Of a stretch of DNA of 64,000 nt, positions 60,901-64,000 are shown piece after piece; the stretch's first letter is position 1, and each line of letters begins with the position of its first letter. The translations under genes were made by a program, and so were the position numbers. Source of the stretch: Lingula anatina (Eukaryota > Animalia > Brachiopoda). The notes beneath the pieces were generated by a model that ran no database searches, was not told the origin of the DNA, and worked only from the letters and a program-made list of their open reading frames with translations. Location: the NCBI GenBank assembly GCA_051362555.1, contig CM120641.1:48242401-48306400 (forward strand). The letters are read 5' to 3'.

Positions 60901-63062
60901 GATAATTTAATTTCATTTAAATGAAAAAAAAAGAAAAAAAAACATTGACAGGAGAGATGTATCTGACTAAACCAGATATCCAATCCATAAGAGACAGACA
61001 GACAGAAAGGGCACTAACCTGTATCATCATATTTGTTTTTCTTCAGGTACGTCAGAACTATTTCACGGTTCTGTTTACTAGCTCCTTTTTCAGAGAGATC
61101 TGGCGTCCGCAAATCTGCTGTCCTTCTTGATTTTGCAGAAGTAGTTGCCACTGTGGCAGTTTCCACGTCAGGCTTTTCTTCTGTGACATGTGGCTCTGCA
61201 GTCTCTCCCTCCACTTTGATGAATGTCACAGTTTTCTTTTCTTGTGTCTCTTTTTCATCTTTGACTAATGATAAAAATGTTGAATTAATTTTTTAAACCT
61301 CATTTTAACATTAAACTGAGAAGTTATATCATACAGTATATAATTAGTCCTTTTTTTTAAATATATTCTATTCTGTTGGCTAAGTATCATAGGACAATTT
61401 AAGTCCTGTAATTTATTCTTACCCTACCCCAGGCAGTTGAATTATTACAAAATATTTGGATAATGAGAATGGTTAAATAAAGATAAGGTCACTACCCTGA
61501 ATACTAGTCTACGTTCAAGAAACTTAACATTATCTCCCTCCATTTGTTTAATCATTAGCCTAGTAATCTGAAGCTCAATAACTGAACTGGGTGAGAGGTT
61601 TTGCACTGATAACTGACTGAGTTTTTGTCATTAACCTAGAGGACTTACTGAAGCTGCTAGGGGGTTATCAATTATTGTTTAGCAGCTTCAGTAGGCGTTC
61701 CAGACATCTAAGCCGCTTATGCTGAAAGCAAATTAGTGAGAAACCCCTTGGAGATCCTGTTAGATTGATCTAGGTATAGGAACCCAGTCTTACACCACTG
61801 ACCCAATTTTATGCAGCGGTTCCATTTTAAGCTGACTGACCTGATTCCACCTCCTCCTCAAGATTGATCTCAGAGGTCGCATCAGACATGGCATCTTCTG
61901 GTTGCTCAACTTGAATAGGAGGAAGAACTTCTTTGCTTGGTCTTCTGCGCAACCTGTTTTAGATAAAAATAAAGACCAAAGTTTGTTACCAATACATATT
62001 TTCTGTATTAACATAATTTCTGTATTAGACCAACAGATACCTTTTTAACTAAATGAAAACTTAAGTACCAATAGTAGCATGAATTTTTAAAACTTCCCAT
62101 TGTTTTATTTTGTTTATCCAAAATGTTTTAAACATTTACCAAAAGGTTCATAGCTGACACAAGTATCTTATTTCCACTTATTCACTATCAATGATTAAAT
62201 GGTTGGGCTAGAAATTTCATACGTTAAGATTAAGTACAGGCAACACATTCACCTAATGCAATTAGTCCAGAGAAAGAAAACTGAAACTTCATGATTATGT
62301 TCTATAGCATATCATCTAAAACAACTTACATTGTGCTAACATCAAGTTTTGGAGTTCCATCATTCGATTTCTGTTCTTGTCTGTTTCTCATTTGAATTTT
62401 CCTTCTTTCTTGGTCTTTTTTATAAAAGGTTGTCCGGAAGGGTCCAGCTCCTTGAACTTTGCTGGACGGAGGGTGAGGCACGAGAGGCTGGAGCAAATAA
62501 ATTGTTTTGAAAACAAATCAACATTAAATAAAAGTTTTTATCAGCAGATACGTTGTAATTAGTGACCATCAACTCTTCAAAACAAGAGACATTCTAAGTC
62601 AATGAGAAAATTGTTTATCACTCGCATGGAACCATACATGAATCTTCTTGTCCAAGACATAGTGTGTTATCTCATAGGTAGAAATCTTACCTGAGAACTA
62701 TCTCCATTAGGCACTGCAATTCCTTTATTGCTGATATTCTTATATATCTGTACAACCTTAGAGCTAGCTGGGGTGTTGTAGAGTCTAGACATCAAGGCAT
62801 TTCCCCGGCCAGCTGCTGGCATGGGAGGCTTAGCCAAACCAGTTGTAGCCACTCCATTTTGATTTGGTGAGGTATCAGGTGGTGTCCCCTGGTCCAGTGA
62901 GGTCTGATCAGGCATGTTCCCAAAGCTGGAGACAAAGCTAGTCTCCCTGATGTTGGGTGTGGGGACAGGGTTCAGATAAGTGTCTGTAGGTTCCCTCTGC
63001 AGGCCTGGGGCCATAGAGTAACTGGACTGGAAAGAGGACCCTGTGTCTGGCTTTCTCTCCAT
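1..63062 (-). CDS. DNAH14: Axonemal dynein heavy chain, DNAH14/DNAH6 group; multi-exon, 3' end beyond window start; AAA4 exons not found
   Basis: The exon junctions I traced by hand have compatible splice phases. ATG at 63062 lies in ACCATGG context just after a tctccag acceptor. Motifs: AAA1 GPAGTGKT and [11 protein letters not shown]2 [12 protein letters not shown]3 GESGVGKS and FVDDFNMP, stalk [14 protein letters not shown]5 [14 protein letters not shown]6 [12 protein letters not shown]. The DNAH14 call rests on recalled similarity (FVYCLP...YNPY...[34 protein letters not shown]), not a database search. Confidence 0.93.
4214..17358 (-). CDS. DNAH14: Dynein AAA5/strut exons, interrupted by the GPCR-hosting intron (7324-16911)
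   Basis: [15 protein letters not shown]...[22 protein letters not shown]|[30 protein letters not shown]...[43 protein letters not shown]...MYQFSLPWF. Confidence 0.93.
8690..8960. repeat. C-rich 20-23-bp minisatellite, about 12 copies (G-quadruplex-prone on minus strand)
   Basis: Repeated core cccctgtggtctcccc followed by variable C tracts. Confidence 0.92.
12421..14193 (+). CDS. Rhodopsin-class (class A) GPCR, adenosine/GPR119/MECA-like; join(12421..13159,13796..14193), 378 aa; nested antisense in a dynein intron
   Basis: Seven hydrophobic segments, MAVAD (TM2), LDRY (TM3), LLPLMGW (TM4), FFIP (TM5), CWGP (TM6), [10 protein letters not shown] (TM7) and a CCC cluster after helix 8. Donor TTGG|gtaagc at 13160 and acceptor tttcag at 13795 join in frame. 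Upstream acceptor attttcag at 12308; possible untranslated first exon ending at TG|gtaagt 9679. Confidence 0.92.
16497..16542. repeat. (CA)n microsatellite
   Basis: CA run directly abutting the donor array. Confidence 0.95.
16543..16935 (-). repeat. 34-39-bp tandem repeat of an exon end plus donor (GEPVLLQ|gtaagag), 10 donor copies
   Basis: cttacctgtaac occurs at 16567, 16603, 16642, 16678, 16717, 16751, 16790, 16829, 16868 and 16907. Confidence 0.95.
17668..22702 (-). CDS. DNAH14: Dynein stalk coiled coils and microtubule-binding domain exons
   Basis: [42 protein letters not shown]...[41 protein letters not shown]...[23 protein letters not shown]. Confidence 0.93.
18462..20773 (+). mobile_element. 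Helentron-associated non-autonomous element (HINE/DINE-1-like) with internal 146-bp satellite
   Basis: 5' subTIR attgtaccaccagc paired with an adjacent inverted copy (hairpin tgtaccaccagcg-ttag-cgctggcggtaca). Inverted subTIR gctggtggtacaat at 20724-20737, 3' hairpin gaggcg-gtat-cgcctc at 20743-20758, end ctagtt. Confidence 0.85.
19430..20570. repeat. 146-bp tandem repeat, about 7.8 copies, inside the HINE
   Basis: ctccaaaactggc recurs at 19446, 19592, 19738, 19884, 20030, 20176 and 20322. Confidence 0.95.
22947..22987. repeat. (AAAT)n microsatellite inside the intron where the AAA4 exons are missing
   Basis: About 10 AAAT units. Confidence 0.9.
23084..27290 (-). CDS. DNAH14: Dynein AAA2-lid/AAA3 exons
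   Basis: [90 protein letters not shown]...LHDYFK. Confidence 0.93.
27911..38529 (-). CDS. DNAH14: Dynein AAA2 exons (38278-38529, 37736-~37974, ~29094-29244, 28658-~28846, 27911-~28166), interrupted by the TRIM-hosting intron
   Basis: [20 protein letters not shown]...ELYG...[61 protein letters not shown]. Confidence 0.93.
30181..30268. repeat. 28-bp tandem repeat, 3 copies
   Basis: agattccaagaaagta(t/c)aataattatct at 30181, 30209 and 30237. Confidence 0.9.
30332..30456 (+). pseudogene. Degenerate duplicate of the TRIM acceptor, 5'UTR and first codons
   Basis: Aligns end to end with 31269-31395 (gaacc.tgtatgaccttgaacttttggtgggtccacag ... aagctgct.taataaaac ... atggctgc.tg). Confidence 0.7.
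31385..33133 (+). CDS. TRIM-NHL protein (RING, B-box2, coiled coil, NHL repeats; TRIM2/3/71-like), 582 aa, uninterrupted CDS, nested antisense in a dynein intron
   Basis: RING CPKC...[10 protein letters not shown]...CFVC; B-box CNRH...[13 protein letters not shown]...HKDH; charged coiled coil; NHL repeats (RPTGVC, HPYGIAL...[42 protein letters not shown]). Acceptor ggtccacag at 31306 lies 78 nt before the ATG. Confidence 0.93.
   Translation: MAACVPPSREDGTADLRNCPKCKKRMTAPRLLLSCWHILCENCLADAIKGKKRGETFQCFVCSKNVPVPWEGVAEFPVPLFLQSEPVPSTTDVPCNRHYEEKVTMYCKKCDTAICHVCVVTEDCHKDHPCVSVRTSFDELDGKKRQLHKQVQKLRVKIKEKNDSITELDRQEKKLTAEENEAERKLETHSQQLIDFINKQKEEIRHQLRAKVNVEQCFLAKKRRDMINSRNGMEMIAELAVHLMENATPKEMMLHQKSLSSTMAKHEAETKDTISKKDKVEYVPHNDSKVKDTIGKISGGTTVTRLKLVAEFGAKAAVDKYTPNIEALAVDNAINIVVPDRSNHNLKLFDRSGRLVSVWSGDGVHRLSRPTGVCCTSGGNIAICSWFNRKILFLDSQQKFKITRTITGYDCSGVVFSKDHLVCTAGNSSSACVVIFNKHDGSVVREIRKDKDGRELFRHPYGIALTRQGNLVVTDIGKHCVYVLTMEGEVLHRYGRKGSASEGDDCLDHPYGVCVDQFGHILVTDRDNDRIHMLSPRAEFICHLVTRGDGLVRPQGIALDQEGHLIVSKCLTGKIEVFDYLI
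33312..33937. repeat. About 312-bp tandem duplication downstream of the TRIM stop codon
   Basis: atctacaatacagtttgtaaagttacttttgtgt.tagttagggcctctgtgtacattaaacttttgactgcaaacttgatta occurs twice, and a third start (aataatatattggttgtatt) follows near 33917. Confidence 0.85.
34544..36173. mobile_element. Non-autonomous TIR DNA transposon with 6-bp TSD (hAT6-like)
   Basis: Perfect 14-bp TIR CAGACATGCTGAAA...TTTCAGCATGTCTG, flanked by GACCTG on both sides (34538-34543 and 36174-36179). Multiple subterminal CGGTCC/GGACCG motifs at both ends; no transposase ORF. Confidence 0.85.
38710..40991 (-). CDS. DNAH14: Dynein AAA1 exons (e.g. 40760-40991, 40359-40558)
   Basis: [22 protein letters not shown], Walker [15 protein letters not shown], Walker [51 protein letters not shown]. 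Confidence 0.95.
41320..45842 (-). CDS. DNAH14: Dynein heavy chain neck/linker (DHC_N2) exons
   Basis: Translations include [96 protein letters not shown] and DDFEWMK, all typical dynein linker motifs. Confidence 0.92.
42425..42642. repeat. About 130-bp degenerate intronic tandem duplication
   Basis: cattctatttca...ttcatc.aatagg..gtggga..atataaaattaaattt.gaatttgaaaatc occurs twice. Confidence 0.7.
44359..44512 (-). repeat. 31-bp tandem repeat of an exon end plus donor (CAGAG|gtaag), 5 donor copies
   Basis: cttacctctgtatgtcaggtg occurs at 44367, 44398, 44429, 44460 and 44491. Confidence 0.95.
45126..45294 (+). mobile_element. About 170-bp MITE copy
   Basis: Colinear with 50884-51053 (tcttctgggtct, ggtcagattttcaagtttac, gaagactgtcagaaaatat, ggatctgcccctg). 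Confidence 0.75.
46198..46364 (-). mobile_element. About 170-bp MITE copy, inverted, nested in the HINE
   Basis: Reverse complement of the same family (ccagagatattttctgacag ... gaagacccagaagatggtctcaatccacccct). Confidence 0.7.
46594..46831 (-). mobile_element. Short HINE (acctc(t/c)gccaagg family) nested in the larger element
   Basis: aactag end, hairpin gcact-ttgag-agtgc, subTIR acctctgccaagg, acagacaaacag microsatellite remnant, and degenerate opposite end gaaaatataaccccttcgcagagcttgaggtaaat. Confidence 0.7.
46878..46950. repeat. (TA)n microsatellite
   Basis: Uninterrupted AT dinucleotide run. Confidence 0.95.
48770..49550. repeat. 161-bp tandem repeat, about 4.8 copies, inside the HINE
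   Basis: gctgattttc(g/a)aact recurs at 48810, 48971, 49132, 49293 and 49454. Confidence 0.92.
49675..63062 (-). CDS. DNAH14: Dynein heavy chain N-terminal tail exons (e.g. 62691-63062, 62330-62487, 61841-61953, 61019-61264, 60568-60707, 60125-60292, 57209-57321)
   Basis: The listed exons are phase-compatible. Low-complexity N-terminus followed by [27 protein letters not shown]...LWLWEKRLF...[20 protein letters not shown], then helical tail exons ([22 protein letters not shown]). Confidence 0.85.
50884..51053 (+). mobile_element. About 170-bp MITE, best-preserved copy
   Basis: TIR caggggcggat...atccgcccctg; related copies at 45126-45294 and 46198-46364. Confidence 0.8.
54925..54990. repeat. 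(AAAT)n microsatellite
   Basis: About 16 AAAT units. Confidence 0.9.
57667..60157 (-). repeat. 47-bp minisatellite, 53 copies; each unit is the last 33 nt of the dynein exon plus the first 14 nt of the intron, including the ATG|GTAAGT donor
   Basis: Unit on + strand cattctacacttaccatggacacactagaagcactgacagtccagaa. First and last unit starts are 57667 and 60111, exactly 52 x 47 apart. Confidence 0.97.
61645..61693. repeat. 14-bp inverted repeat, possible foldback MITE remnant
   Basis: tactgaagctgcta ... tagcagcttcagta separated by a loop of about 21 nt. Confidence 0.5.
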
Positions 63063-63516
63063 GGTCTGGAGATGTAAAATAATGTATGACAAAAAGAGTG
63101 CTAGCAAAATACAAACCACAGAGTTTTTCATGCAGCTATAATAGTCCAATTAAATAAAGTGCTGATTTATTTATTTATTTTATTTATAAATTTTTTATTT
63201 TTTTATTTATTTTATTTATTTATTTATTTATTTATTTTGCAAGTGTGCCTTAGATTATACTCACTGCTGGTTAGCTAGAAGTGTAAAAAGCAGCATATAT
63301 CAAAGGCTGTAAAGGTGTACATCAATTAGGCATATGCTACTTTCACAAATACTAGTTCTTATAGTGCTAGCATATCATAAGATACATGTACATGTAAGTG
63401 GCAGTGCAACTGACATTCAAACTGGGCGCCCACGGGCACCTGCTGTAACTGCTGCAGGGAGTTCTACTATATTTAAAAGTATATATAACATATTAAAATA
63501 TAAATATGCACTTTAC

Positions 63517-63660
63517 CTTTCGGTGCTCGCAACAGAGGTGCTATTAAAAGTCAAATACTATGCACACTTCATAACTATCCGTAGGAATTCACTTTTGTTG
63601 TCGTCGTCCATGTTGTTTCTTTCTTGACAACTTTCCCACAATGCCTCAATCAGGAAATGG
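63517..63660 (-). promoter_or_regulatory. Putative dynein 5'UTR exon and promoter with ZNF143/Staf-like motif
   Basis: Donor AAAG|gtaaag at 63516 on the minus strand; TTCCCACAATGCC at 63633-63645; ETS-like caggaaat at 63651; locally more CpG than the introns. Confidence 0.45.
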
Positions 63661-64000
63661 AAAAATAGGTCATCTGGTGACCCAATTTTACCTCGATCGC
63701 ATCAATCAACGAGTCTTGGATTCCCTTTCTTCTTCCAATTGCAGGTATGTATATCAATTCGTGGTAAATTTGATTTAATATCATTATGTTAGTTTTCAGC
63801 GACTACTTGATGCATTACTGTAAAGACTCCAAAGGCGGCAGCGAAAGGGTGTGAACGTTGTTGTAAGGACCTAGAGACAGTGAAGTGTATGTAAATATCA
63901 GCATCAGCTGACATCCTGCTGCTCGACAACCCGCTGGCCTTGGCTTTGTGCGGGCTGTCCGCCACAAGTTTAAAATTACCTTAAATGTTAGGTTTTTGTG

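Noticed and set aside
63605-63632. RFX X-box expected at a ciliary gene promoter
   Set aside because: Only a half-site (gttgtc/gacaac) is visible; spacing does not fit the 13-14-bp palindrome.

Overview
Eukaryotic genomic DNA with AT-rich introns and GC-richer exons; the repeat and gene content suggests a lophotrochozoan, probably a mollusc (inference). Almost the whole window is one multi-exon axonemal dynein heavy chain gene on the minus strand. Its start codon is at 63062 and it runs off the window at position 1 inside the C-terminal domain. From my recollection of the human proteins, its N-terminus, stalk and AAA5 region fit DNAH14 (the DNAH6/14 group). Its two largest introns each host an antisense nested gene: a two-coding-exon rhodopsin-class GPCR (12421-14193) and a TRIM-NHL gene with an uninterrupted CDS (31385-33133). 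Other introns are filled by Helentron-type non-autonomous elements (HINEs) carrying internal satellites, a TIR element with a 6-bp target duplication, and a three-copy MITE family. Two features stand out. (1) The exons for the whole AAA4 module and the start of stalk coiled-coil 1 are absent: an AAA3-lid exon is followed in frame by a stalk exon across only 381 bp, which is either a real deletion or an assembly collapse. (2) Splice junctions are repeatedly tandem-amplified: 53, 10 and 5 copies of three 5' splice donors, plus several two-copy duplications of donors and acceptors at different stages of decay.
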